NCBI GenBank assembly: GCA_036012755.1
Contig: DASCPX010000179.1
Span: 1 to 64,000, forward strand
DNA: 64,000 bases
Reading direction: 5' to 3'
DNA from: Myxococcota bacterium
GTDB lineage: Bacteria > Myxococcota_A > UBA796 > CAJQPC01
Below are positions 8,937 to 17,941 of this stretch, one piece after another. Under the pieces are notes generated by a model that worked only from the letters and a program-made list of their open reading frames with translations, ran no database searches and was not told where the DNA came from. The translations under genes were made by a program, and so were the position numbers. Each line of letters starts with the position of its first letter. Position 1 is the first letter of the stretch.

Positions 8937-11162
8937 ATGAGGATGCGCTGCTTGTTTGTTTTCCTGGTCGCGACCGGCTGCAAGGACACGGCTTCGGATG
9001 ACACCGGGGGCCCGGTCGACGACGACGGCGACGGGTTCACGGTCGAGGACGGTGACTGTGACGACGCCGACGCGTCCATCCACCCAGGAGCCGAAGACAC
9101 CTGGTACGACGGAGTGGACACCAACTGCGACGAAGCCAGTGACTACGACGCCGACGGCGATGGCCACGACAGCGACGACTACGACGGCGACGACTGTGAC
9201 GACGCGGACGCCACCATCTCCCCCAGTGCAGATGAGATCTGGGACGACGGCATCGACCAGGACTGCGACGGTTTGGCGGATGTCGAAGGCTCTTCCTGCT
9301 CAGCCGACTTCACGGTCACCTTTCCCGATGGCAGCACGACCACGCTCGATGGCTGCGCCGACTGGGACTTCGACGCCTCCTTCGAGTACGACCCGGACGA
9401 CCCACCCGAGGTCATCGACTTCACCTTCACGCTGGGAGCCACAACCGAGGCCGACTTCGACTGTCGGGTGGAGCTGGTCCAGCAGGGCGTGTGCGGCGAG
9501 GGCTACTACGACCAGCGAGACGCCACCACGTCCACCACGCTGGTGCTGCTGGACTGCTCGGGTGTGGCGGACGAATACGAGGGCACCTTCTCGGCGAGCG
9601 AGGGCTACCTGCGAATCGACACGCTCGATGCGGGGTCGGACGCGGGGAGCTTCGCGGGTGAACCCCTGGCGACCACACTCGAAGCCCACCTGCACGTCTG
9701 GACCGCCGGTGGAATCGACCTCGAAGGGGACCTGGCGCTCACGCTGAAGCAGGTGGCCAGCGACGGGGAGGAGCAGCCCGAGTGCGCGGTGACCGATGGG
9801 GATGAGGATGGCGACGGACACGTCGCTGAGACGTACTTCGATGGGGATGACTGTGACGATGAAGATGTGACGGTCCATCCCGGAGCTGTCGACGAGGCCG
9901 CGTCGGACGAGTGCATGCTGGACGGAGATTCGGACGGCTATGGCGATGCCGATCCGCCGGATGGCTTCGATGCCGGTACCGACTGCGACGATGACGATGC
10001 AACCACCTTTCCCGGTGCGGCGGAATCCGAAGATGCATCGGCGTGCATGACGGACGCAGACGCAGACGGCTACGGAGACAACGACCCGGCCGATGGAGTC
10101 GACGCAGGTACCGATTGCGACGACGATGAGGTGACGGTCTATCCAGGAGCCGTCGACGAGGCCGCGTCGGACGAGTGCATGCTGGACGGAGATTCGGACG
10201 GCTATGGCGATGCCGACCCGCCGGATGGCTTCGATGCCGGTACGGACTGCGACGATGACGCCGACCGGGCCTACCCCTACGACTCCAACGGGGATGGGGT
10301 GGAGGACGCCTGTGGTTGGCGAGTGGACGCGGGCGGCCGGCACACCTGCGCTCTGGACTCCGCGGGCTCCATCGTGTGCTGGGGGTGGGACAACCACGAC
10401 CAGGTCTCCGATACGCCGACGGGCAGCGGCTACACCGCAGTGAGCGGGGGCGGCTACCACACCTGTGCCATTGACTCCACGGGCTCCATCGCGTGCTGGG
10501 GGTACGACGACGACGGCCAGGTCTCCGACGCGCCAACCGGCAGCGGCTACACCGCGGTGAGCGCGGGGTCTGGCTCCAGTGATCCAGCAGGGGGAGGGTA
10601 TGGCGTGGGTCGCCACACCTGCGCTCTGGACTCCGCGGGCTCTATCGCGTGCTGGGGGTACGACGACGAAGGCCAAGTCTCCGACGCGCCGACAGGCACC
10701 GGCTACACCGCTGTGAGTGCGGGCTATTACCACACCTGTGCCTTGGACTCCGGGGGCGCCATCGAGTGCTGGGGGCACGACTACCACGACCAGGTCTCCG
10801 ATACGCCGACGGGCAGCGGCTACACCGCAGTGAGCGCGGGCGACCGGCACACCTGCGCTCTGGACTCCGCGGGCTCCATCGAGTGCTGGGGGCAGGACTG
10901 GGTATGGCAGATCTCCGACGCGCCGACGGGCAGCGGCTACACCGCAGTGAGCGCGGGCAACCGGCACACCTGCGCTCTGGACTCCGCGGGCTCCATCGAG
11001 TGCTGGGGGTGGGACGACGGCGGCCAGGTCTCCGACGCGCCAACCGGCAGCGGCTACACCGCCGTGAGCGCGGGCGGCGAACACACCTGTGCCATTGGCT
11101 CCTCGGGCGGCATCAAGTGCTGGGGGAGCGACTCCAAAGGCCAGTGCTCTGACATCCCTTAG
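8937..11162 (+). CDS. Surface lipoprotein with MopE-like metal-binding repeats and RCC1-like propeller
   Basis: LVATGC lipobox; DCDD.D..IHPGA..WYDGVD.NCD repeats; seven HTCALDS.G.I.CWG repeats. Confidence 0.9.
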   Translation: MRMRCLFVFLVATGCKDTASDDTGGPVDDDGDGFTVEDGDCDDADASIHPGAEDTWYDGVDTNCDEASDYDADGDGHDSDDYDGDDCDDADATISPSADEIWDDGIDQDCDGLADVEGSSCSADFTVTFPDGSTTTLDGCADWDFDASFEYDPDDPPEVIDFTFTLGATTEADFDCRVELVQQGVCGEGYYDQRDATTSTTLVLLDCSGVADEYEGTFSASEGYLRIDTLDAGSDAGSFAGEPLATTLEAHLHVWTAGGIDLEGDLALTLKQVASDGEEQPECAVTDGDEDGDGHVAETYFDGDDCDDEDVTVHPGAVDEAASDECMLDGDSDGYGDADPPDGFDAGTDCDDDDATTFPGAAESEDASACMTDADADGYGDNDPADGVDAGTDCDDDEVTVYPGAVDEAASDECMLDGDSDGYGDADPPDGFDAGTDCDDDADRAYPYDSNGDGVEDACGWRVDAGGRHTCALDSAGSIVCWGWDNHDQVSDTPTGSGYTAVSGGGYHTCAIDSTGSIACWGYDDDGQVSDAPTGSGYTAVSAGSGSSDPAGGGYGVGRHTCALDSAGSIACWGYDDEGQVSDAPTGTGYTAVSAGYYHTCALDSGGAIECWGHDYHDQVSDTPTGSGYTAVSAGDRHTCALDSAGSIECWGQDWVWQISDAPTGSGYTAVSAGNRHTCALDSAGSIECWGWDDGGQVSDAPTGSGYTAVSAGGEHTCAIGSSGGIKCWGSDSKGQCSDIP
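10341..11160 (+). repeat. Intragenic 117-bp tandem repeat (about 7 units)
   Basis: CACACCTG(C/T)GC... recurs near 10341, 10458, 10614, 10731, 10848, 10965 and 11082; one unit has a 39-bp insert. Confidence 0.9.
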
Positions 11163-11177
11163 AGGGCACAGCCTCTT

Positions 11178-11318
11178 GCTCAGCGGCTCCACTTGAAGTT
11201 CCAGAGTCGGGGTGCTTCACTCTGGGTCCGCAGGAGAGCCTTCATGACCCAAAGCAGCGTTCTGAGCTGGATGACAGTCGGCCTGGTGGGCCTTGTCGGG
11301 TGCCAGCAGGCACACGCC
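11178..11318 (+). repeat. ~140-bp repeat, copy 2
   Basis: Matches 7896-8035. Confidence 0.9.
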
Positions 11319-11438
11319 CAGTCCGACTCGGAGGAGTGCAAGGGCATTGTCGACCCCACGGAGCGACTCGCGTGCTACGACCGACTCGCCTCAGGGGGCA
11401 TCGAGTTCTGTGGGCACAGGCTCGACAATCATCCGTGA
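11244..11438 (+). CDS. Small lipoprotein with CxxIxDxxERLACYD motif (possibly truncated)
   Basis: AGGAGA RBS, LVGC lipobox. Confidence 0.6.
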   Translation: MTQSSVLSWMTVGLVGLVGCQQAHAQSDSEECKGIVDPTERLACYDRLASGGIEFCGHRLDNHP

Positions 11439-11621
11439 CCGAGGCCCTCGCTCTCTTGGGTCCCACCCAGGGCAGCGTCATCCAGGGGCCTTGGAAGGGG
11501 CAAGCACGTCAGGTCGCAGGGAAGTCAGCAGGCGAAGGGGGCGCGGGCCCCTTTCAGTGCGCCACCGTGTACAACCGCCGTGTACAACCTGCCGAAGATG
11601 CCGCTGGAATGGGGCTCGATG

Positions 11622-13025
11622 TCAGAACTGGAAGTAGAAAAACGGCGCAGCAAGGCCCGCGAAGAGGCTGAGGATCCCCACCGCGCAGACCCCGACAGCT
11701 GCCAGGCCCCAGGGTGGCATCTCGCCGAAGGCCTCGCGGAGCCTGTCCTTGAGGCCGATGGGGGACAGGTGCAGGGCTGCTGCTGCTGCCAGGGCGAGCA
11801 GTCCAGGGACCGCGAGCAGGGAGCCGTCGAACCAGCGGGGATGGAACAGCGCGACGAAGGCGTGGCCGGCCTCCCGGAAGGAGTTGACGTGGAGGAAGAT
11901 CAGGCCGATGCAGAGGGCGTTGAAGGTCACGAAGACCTCGATCCAGCGGCCCCACCAGCTCTTCGCGGGCTTGGGCGCCCACTTCCGCCAGGCGACCAGC
12001 AAGAAGCCGTTCCAGAGGCCCCAGACGGCGAAGGTCCAGCCGGCGCCGTGCCAGAGGCCCCCGAGGAAGAAAGTGAAGACCGTCGCGAACATGGTCCGCG
12101 CCACCCCGTGCTTGGAGCCCCCGAGGGGGAAGTACAGGTAATCCCTCAGGAAGAACGACAGCGTGATGTGCCAGCGCCGCCAGTGCTCCATCGGGGTCCT
12201 GGAGATGAAGGGGCGCCTGAAGTTCTCTGGCAGCGAGAACCCGAACAACAGTGCGGCTCCGATGGCGACGTCGCTGTAGCCGCTGAAGTCGCAGTAGACC
12301 TGGAAGTTCGCGGCCCAGACCGCCAGCAGGGTGTCCAGGGTTCCGAAGGCCGCTGGCTCGTCGAAGTAGGGCCGCACGATGTGGCGGGCCATGGTGTCAG
12401 CCAGGATCATCTTCTTGGCGAGGCCGGCGAGGATGAAGAAGATGCCCTCGCCGAAGGCCCTGTCGTCCAGCCTGGGTCGCGAGGCGAGCTGGGGCAGGAA
12501 CTCCCGGGCGCGGACGATGGGGCCAGCTACCAGCTGTGGGAAGAAGAAGACGAAGACAGCGAAGGACAGGGGGTTCTTCGTCGGCTGGATCTTCCTCCTG
12601 TAGATGTCGACGGTGTAGGACAGCGACTGGAAGGTGTAGAAGCTGATGCCCACCGGCAGCACGGTGCCGATCCGCCCCAGCCTGGTGTCTACGCCACCCG
12701 CCGAGAGCGCCATCTCCGTCGAAGCGAGCAGGAAGTCGCCGTACTTGAAGACGCCGAGCAGGCCGAGGTCGAGGGAGACCGTGAGCGCCAGGAGCTTCTT
12801 GCGGGTGCTCTCCTTGTCGCTGTTGCCGATGAGCCAGCCGAAGACGAAGGAGTTCAGCGTCGAGATCGCGATGAGGAAGAGGTACCAGGGCTGCCAGCTC
12901 GCGTAGAACAGCGCGCTGACGAACAAGAGCCAGATCCACAGCGGCCACTTCCACCGCTCGATGGCGGCGTAGACCGCGTAGACGACGACCAGGAAGACGC
13001 CGAACTCGAAGGTGTTGAACAGCAC
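11622..13025 (-). CDS. MBOAT O-acyltransferase (AlgI/DltB family)
   Basis: LPVGISFYTFQ, FPQLVAGPI, YCDFSGYSD, WRRWHITLS, GLWHGAGW, FFYFQF end. Confidence 0.95.
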   Translation of the reverse strand: MLFNTFEFGVFLVVVYAVYAAIERWKWPLWIWLLFVSALFYASWQPWYLFLIAISTLNSFVFGWLIGNSDKESTRKKLLALTVSLDLGLLGVFKYGDFLLASTEMALSAGGVDTRLGRIGTVLPVGISFYTFQSLSYTVDIYRRKIQPTKNPLSFAVFVFFFPQLVAGPIVRAREFLPQLASRPRLDDRAFGEGIFFILAGLAKKMILADTMARHIVRPYFDEPAAFGTLDTLLAVWAANFQVYCDFSGYSDVAIGAALLFGFSLPENFRRPFISRTPMEHWRRWHITLSFFLRDYLYFPLGGSKHGVARTMFATVFTFFLGGLWHGAGWTFAVWGLWNGFLLVAWRKWAPKPAKSWWGRWIEVFVTFNALCIGLIFLHVNSFREAGHAFVALFHPRWFDGSLLAVPGLLALAAAAALHLSPIGLKDRLREAFGEMPPWGLAAVGVCAVGILSLFAGLAAPFFYFQF

Positions 13026-14071
13026 TAGTGGCTGGCACCCTCCAGGATCGGGGCCACCTGTTCACAGAGCTCGGCGGAGAAGATGGCGGAGCCGCTCGCG
13101 TCGAGGTGATCGGGATCGAGCCAGTGCTCCTTGTCGCTCCTCCAAGTCGAGAGGTTGCCGTCCCAGACCTCGACCCCCGCGCCCTCCATCTCCAGGACGG
13201 CCTGGACGTGGGCCGAGTAGACGTCTCCGGGGATGACGCGGAAGAACTGCGGGTGGAGCGGCATGTTGACGAAGAGCACGGCGACGCCGTTGTCATCCGC
13301 CCACTGGAGCGTCTCCAGCATGCGCCGATGGTTGAGCCCCTCGCCGGTCTCCCAGTCACCGAAGCGCCCGGCGGTGGCCAGGCCCTGGCGCTCGGTGGAC
13401 CACTTTGCCCAGCGGTACGAGGAGAGCTTCGAGAAGGCCTCGTTCTGGTCCGGGCAGGTGGGGTCACCGAAGCAGAACTGACCTCCGCGGTGGTGGGTCA
13501 TCATCCAGCGCAGGCGCTGCTCTTCGTCGAAGCGACCGCTGAGCAAGAGCGCCAGGGTCTCGGGCCCGCGTGCGACGGGCTCCAGCGCGCCGATCACCGT
13601 GCGGACGTTGCGGGCCTCTGCGAGCATCTCCGGCACGTCCGCGACCCGACCTTCGAGGGCGAAGATCCGGAAGTTCTTGTGGTTGTTGTCGTTGAGCGCC
13701 TCTGCTGTGACCCCGATGACGAGCAGCTTCGGGACCCGGTCCGAGACGAGCACGTCCCTGGCCAGGTGCTCCCAGGTGAGCCCGGTCGAGTAGACCCGCG
13801 AGAGGTTCACAGAGCGCGTCTGGCGCCCGAGGGTGTCGCTGAGGCAGGCGTCGAGCGCGGTCGGGCTGACCCCGAAGCTGCCACGGCTGCTCCCGAAGAC
13901 CACGACGTCCAGTGGTCCCTCGACGCCGTGCTGGAAGCTGAAGATGTCGCTCGGCCAGACGATGTTCTGCACGTAGCGCAGGCCCGCTGCTTCGGTCGCT
14001 GCCGAGGTCCCCACGAGCATCACGAGGAACCAGATTAGCGAGGCGACGCCTCTCCACACCGAGGGGCTCAC
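13025..14071 (-). CDS. SGNH/DltD-like partner of the MBOAT
   Basis: N-terminal TM, VFGSSR motif, C-terminal DPDHL (DxxH); coupled to the MBOAT gene. Confidence 0.75.
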   Translation of the reverse strand: MSPSVWRGVASLIWFLVMLVGTSAATEAAGLRYVQNIVWPSDIFSFQHGVEGPLDVVVFGSSRGSFGVSPTALDACLSDTLGRQTRSVNLSRVYSTGLTWEHLARDVLVSDRVPKLLVIGVTAEALNDNNHKNFRIFALEGRVADVPEMLAEARNVRTVIGALEPVARGPETLALLLSGRFDEEQRLRWMMTHHRGGQFCFGDPTCPDQNEAFSKLSSYRWAKWSTERQGLATAGRFGDWETGEGLNHRRMLETLQWADDNGVAVLFVNMPLHPQFFRVIPGDVYSAHVQAVLEMEGAGVEVWDGNLSTWRSDKEHWLDPDHLDASGSAIFSAELCEQVAPILEGASH

Positions 14072-14439
14072 TTGTGCTTGCCCCCTGGCTTCACGCTCTT
14101 CCTGCCGACGCGACGCTGGAGCTTCTTCCGGGTCTCCCTCGCGACGCCCCTGGAGAGTGGGTCCTCGCCACGCTTCGCGGCCTCTGCCATCTCTCGCCAG
14201 ATCTGCTTCTGGAGGTCGCGGTTGGCGTCCTGCTTCTCTCCGACCGCCTGCCCGTTGAGGCCACCTGGGAAGTTCGGCTCTGGCGCCGCGGGGGTTCCGC
14301 TGCCGAGGGCCATCGCCTGGTCCACGTCCACGCGCTCTCCGTGCTGGACTGGGACCAACAAGGCCCCCGCCGCCAGCGAGCCGAAGAGGACCACGACCGC
14401 AAGGACACCGATGCCACGGCCCAGCTGACGGGGGCTCAC
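14068..14439 (-). CDS. Hypothetical membrane-anchored protein
   Basis: GTGA overlaps at both ends; N-terminal TM. Confidence 0.6.
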   Translation of the reverse strand: MSPRQLGRGIGVLAVVVLFGSLAAGALLVPVQHGERVDVDQAMALGSGTPAAPEPNFPGGLNGQAVGEKQDANRDLQKQIWREMAEAAKRGEDPLSRGVARETRKKLQRRVGRKSVKPGGKHK

Positions 14440-14795
14440 GGGAGCCCCTCGGGGAAGGCGCGGCCGGCTGCGACATGGAGCGCCCGGTAGCGCTCGAAGA
14501 GCTCGACGACCGCGGGGTCCTCCAGGCTCGCGGTCTCGGAGGCTGCGGTGATCTGCTCCGGGGTGGGGAGCCCCTCCACGTCGCCGAGCTCGGAGCTCAG
14601 GAAGTGGAAGATCTCCCACAAGGCCGCTTCGCCGGCTGGCGCGGTGTTCCGGGTGGGCCCCCAGCCTCCGCCGAGGCCCTTCTTCGGGCCCCTTCCGTCG
14701 AAGGTCAGCGGGTCGAGCTCGTACAGATCGACGGGGGGCTCCACCGCCGGCCAGTGACTTCCGCTCGAACATGCCAACGACAAGAGGAAGATCAC
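14436..14795 (-). CDS. Hypothetical lipoprotein
   Basis: MIFLLSLAC; GTGA overlap with the upstream gene. Confidence 0.65.
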   Translation of the reverse strand: MIFLLSLACSSGSHWPAVEPPVDLYELDPLTFDGRGPKKGLGGGWGPTRNTAPAGEAALWEIFHFLSSELGDVEGLPTPEQITAASETASLEDPAVVELFERYRALHVAAGRAFPEGLP

Positions 14796-16126
14796 GGCGT
14801 CCAATAACCCCGCTGCCCGAGGAGCTCGCGGCGCTCCTCGCTGACCTCGCCGGAGGCCCTCGGATCCAGCTTCTCGCGCCAGCTGATGAGCTCGTCGCGG
14901 AGGCTCAGGTCGCCTTCCCAGGCAGGTCCGTGGGGATCAGAGGCCTTCATGATCGGGACCAGGAAGGGGTTGTGGGGGGATAGGCCGGAGAACGACAGCC
15001 GCGCTGCGCCGCGGGTCGCGAGGAGCTCGCGGAAGGCGGACTCGGAGAAGACCGTGCGCTCCTTGGGCGGCGCCAGCAGATCACTGCCCGACAGCCCCGC
15101 CGGCGGCGCAAGACCAGTCGCCGCGAACAGCGTCGGGGCGATGTCGACGAGGGAGACCGTCTCGCTGACGCGGCCGGTTCGGCCACCGGGGACGCTGATG
15201 AGTAGCGGCACCCGCACGACGTCCTCGCAGAGGGGGGGGCGGTGGTTGAAGAGGCCGTGCTCCCCAAGGTCCTCGCCGTGGTCGCCGAGCACGACGATGA
15301 TGGTGTCGTCGAGCTTTCCCCGGCTCTCGAGGCCGGCCATCAGCTCTCCGAACCAGGCGTCGCCGTACTGCACGGCCGAGTCGTAGACACCGGCGACGGC
15401 GGCGGCGGCTGTGGGACCGAAGGGCACCCCGCCTTCCCGCTCTCTGGCGCGCGCGGCTGCATCCCATGCGCGCAGGTGGTCCTTGGCGAAGAGGTCACCA
15501 AAGCGCTTGTCCGGGAAGTACTGACCCTCGACCACCCGCGCCGTGCCGGAGTGCCTGCGGGCGACCTCGCCGGCGACGCCCTCTGGGAGGTCGCTGTGCG
15601 GCTTGAGGTAGCGATGGTGGGCGTCGTAGCCATGGACTACCAGGAAGAAGTCGCCGTCGACGTCATCCAGCCAGGCCAGCGCCGGGGGGACGGTGTGGAA
15701 GAAGCTGCCCCAGTCGCGCACGGACTCGTAGGTCCCGAAGCCGTCCTGGAGGCCGAAGACCGGGTCGAGGTGGCCGCCGGCCACGAAAGCCCCGGTCTCG
15801 TAGCCGTAGAGCCCGAAGACCTCGGCCAGGGTCTTCTCCTCGGGGGGGAGCGTGAAGCTGTAGTCGACCGCCCCGATCTCCGAGACGTAGCGCCCGGTGA
15901 ACAGCGCCGCGTGCGAGAAGAGGGTCTCGTTGCTCGGTGCGACCGCGTTGTCGAAGACCAGCGCCGAGCGGGCGAAGGCGTCGAGGTTGGGGGTCAGGCT
16001 GTCGACGTTGCCGTAGGCGCCGAGTCGATCACGCCGCAGGGTGTCGAAGCTCACCACCAGCACGCTCGGGTGCCCAGGCTCTTGCGACTGCGCGGCGCAG
16101 CCCAGCGTCAACGAGAACATCAGCAC
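14792..16126 (-). CDS. Sulfatase-like (alkaline phosphatase superfamily) lipoprotein
   Basis: VSFDTLRRDRLGAYG..TPNLD, SNETLFSHAALFTG, YDAH, GDHGE, VPL. Confidence 0.88.
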   Translation of the reverse strand: MLMFSLTLGCAAQSQEPGHPSVLVVSFDTLRRDRLGAYGNVDSLTPNLDAFARSALVFDNAVAPSNETLFSHAALFTGRYVSEIGAVDYSFTLPPEEKTLAEVFGLYGYETGAFVAGGHLDPVFGLQDGFGTYESVRDWGSFFHTVPPALAWLDDVDGDFFLVVHGYDAHHRYLKPHSDLPEGVAGEVARRHSGTARVVEGQYFPDKRFGDLFAKDHLRAWDAAARAREREGGVPFGPTAAAAVAGVYDSAVQYGDAWFGELMAGLESRGKLDDTIIVVLGDHGEDLGEHGLFNHRPPLCEDVVRVPLLISVPGGRTGRVSETVSLVDIAPTLFAATGLAPPAGLSGSDLLAPPKERTVFSESAFRELLATRGAARLSFSGLSPHNPFLVPIMKASDPHGPAWEGDLSLRDELISWREKLDPRASGEVSEERRELLGQRGYWTP

Positions 16127-16144
16127 GGTGCTAGGGTAGCGGCA

Positions 16145-17941
16145 GTGCTCTTCTCTCTGCTCATCGCTTGCACCGACGAGGCCCCCAGACAGGTCCTGCT
16201 GCCACCCGTAGCGGCCATCTGGGCGGCGGAGCATCGCCACTTCGACAGAGACGGCGACGGCGTCCTGGGCCCGCGGGAGTTCACCCAAGGAGTCCGAAAG
16301 CACACCTCCGGGCTGTCCTTCGCTGCGGGGGACCTCGATCTCGACGGAAGGCTCAGCCTCTCCGAGTTCCGGACGCTGATGGAGACCCGCGAGCCCCGAG
16401 TCCTGGTCGACAAGCGCCTCGATCCGGGGGACCCGAAGCGGCGCCAGACGGAGCAGTTCCAGTTCGTGCCGCGCGAGGGACGGATCCCCGGAGACGAGGG
16501 GCCGGTCGCCACGGAGCGGAAGGGCTTGCCCAACCTCCTGCTCATCTCCATGGACTCGGTGCGGGCGGACCGGACCTCGCCCTACGGCTTTGTGAAGGAC
16601 ACGACCCCCTGGCTCGCTCGCCTGGCCGAGCACGGCGTGGTCTTCGAGACGGTCGGCTCGACCGGAAACGAGTCCGCGTACTCCCACGCCGCGATGCTGA
16701 CCGGGCGCTACCCGAGCGAGATCGCCAGCCCCGACTACCTCACCTACCAGATCCCCGAGGAGGCGACGCTGGTGGGGGAGATCCTCCAGCTCTACGGCTA
16801 CGAGACCGCAGCCTTCCTGGCGGGCGGCCACATCCGCGGCGAGTTCGGTTTCGACCAGGGGTGGCAGACCTTCAGCCACGAGTTGGGCTTCGCGAGCTTC
16901 TGGCACACCACGCCAAAGGCGCTCGAGTGGCTCGACGAGCGCGAGCGGGGCGCGCCCTGGATGCTCATGGTCCACGGCTACGACGCCCACCGCAGCTACA
17001 TCCTGCCCGACCCCTACTACCACCGCTTCACAGCCGGCGGTGGAAGCCCGCTGGCCGAGCACATCGTCCGACGCGGCTACCGCGCCGAGCGCATCTACGG
17101 CGACACCTTCTACGAGGACTTCGAGCTCGAGAGCCTCCAGCACCCCAGCGGGATGTTCATCCTCACGCCCGGGTCCTACGCCCGCCTGGTAGACGAGGCT
17201 GGCGCGCGGGCTGACGGCCAGACGCTCACAGCCGCCGACATCGAGCACCTCCGCGGCCACTACCACGCGATGTTGCGCTACCTCGACCTGCAGCTGGCCC
17301 TCTTCCTCAGCGCCGCAGAGGCCAGCGGCCACTTGGACAACACGCTCATCGTGCTGACCTCTGACCACGGCGAGGACATGCTCGATCACGGCTGGATGAA
17401 CCACCGGACGGGGCTGACCGAGAGCTGCACGCGGGTGCCGCTCGTGGTGCTCGGCCCCGGGGTCGCCGAGGGCGCACGCTCGGAGGAGCTGGTGAGCCTG
17501 CTGGACCTCGTCCCCACGCTGTTGGAGGCAGGCGGCGCGGTGCCCCCCGCGGAGCTTCGAGGTCGCTCGATCTGGCCCGCGCTGCGCGGGGAGGACATGC
17601 CCGATCAGCCGATCTTCTACGAAGGGGTGAACGACCAGGTCGCGGTGCGGACCGCCACCCACAAGCTGGTCTACTCAGGCCTCCCGCTGTCGGATCCTGG
17701 CCACCTCGCTGGTCTGCAGAGCGACGGCCCCGAGCACTTCGCGCTCTACGACCTGCGCAGTGATCCCGGCGAGACCGCAGCGGTAGACGACCCCGCGGTC
17801 TTCGACGCTCTCCGCATGGAGCTCATCGTCTGGAGGGTGGGGCTCGCGACGGCGACGCACGGAATGGACCCCGCCAGCCTGGATCCCGCCATCAGGAGGG
17901 AGATGCAGGACAAGGGCTACTGGGAGTTCGGCGAGGACTGA
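16145..17941 (+). CDS. Sulfatase-like lipoprotein with N-terminal EF-hand pair
   Basis: LIAC; DRDGDGVLGPREF and DLDGRLSLSEF; PNLLLISMDSVRAD, GNESAYSH, SDHGE. Confidence 0.88.
   Translation: MLFSLLIACTDEAPRQVLLPPVAAIWAAEHRHFDRDGDGVLGPREFTQGVRKHTSGLSFAAGDLDLDGRLSLSEFRTLMETREPRVLVDKRLDPGDPKRRQTEQFQFVPREGRIPGDEGPVATERKGLPNLLLISMDSVRADRTSPYGFVKDTTPWLARLAEHGVVFETVGSTGNESAYSHAAMLTGRYPSEIASPDYLTYQIPEEATLVGEILQLYGYETAAFLAGGHIRGEFGFDQGWQTFSHELGFASFWHTTPKALEWLDERERGAPWMLMVHGYDAHRSYILPDPYYHRFTAGGGSPLAEHIVRRGYRAERIYGDTFYEDFELESLQHPSGMFILTPGSYARLVDEAGARADGQTLTAADIEHLRGHYHAMLRYLDLQLALFLSAAEASGHLDNTLIVLTSDHGEDMLDHGWMNHRTGLTESCTRVPLVVLGPGVAEGARSEELVSLLDLVPTLLEAGGAVPPAELRGRSIWPALRGEDMPDQPIFYEGVNDQVAVRTATHKLVYSGLPLSDPGHLAGLQSDGPEHFALYDLRSDPGETAAVDDPAVFDALRMELIVWRVGLATATHGMDPASLDPAIRREMQDKGYWEFGED

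Larger units (their letters stand above)
7771..11635. mobile_element. Small integrase-less integrated island bounded by 14-bp direct repeats
   Basis: TCAGAACTGGAAGT at 7771-7784 and 11622-11635 (the latter is the last 14 nt of the MBOAT gene); CCGTGTACA motifs near both ends; atypical intergenic DNA. Confidence 0.65.

Noticed and set aside
10341..11160. CRISPR array or DGR target
   Set aside because: Repeats are in-frame coding units; no cas genes, reverse transcriptase or template repeat in the window; variation is not strictly adenine-derived
14792..17662. 956-aa and 899-aa overlapping sulfatase ORFs
   Set aside because: The long N-terminal extensions are antisense to each other's real gene; likely starts are 16126 and 16145
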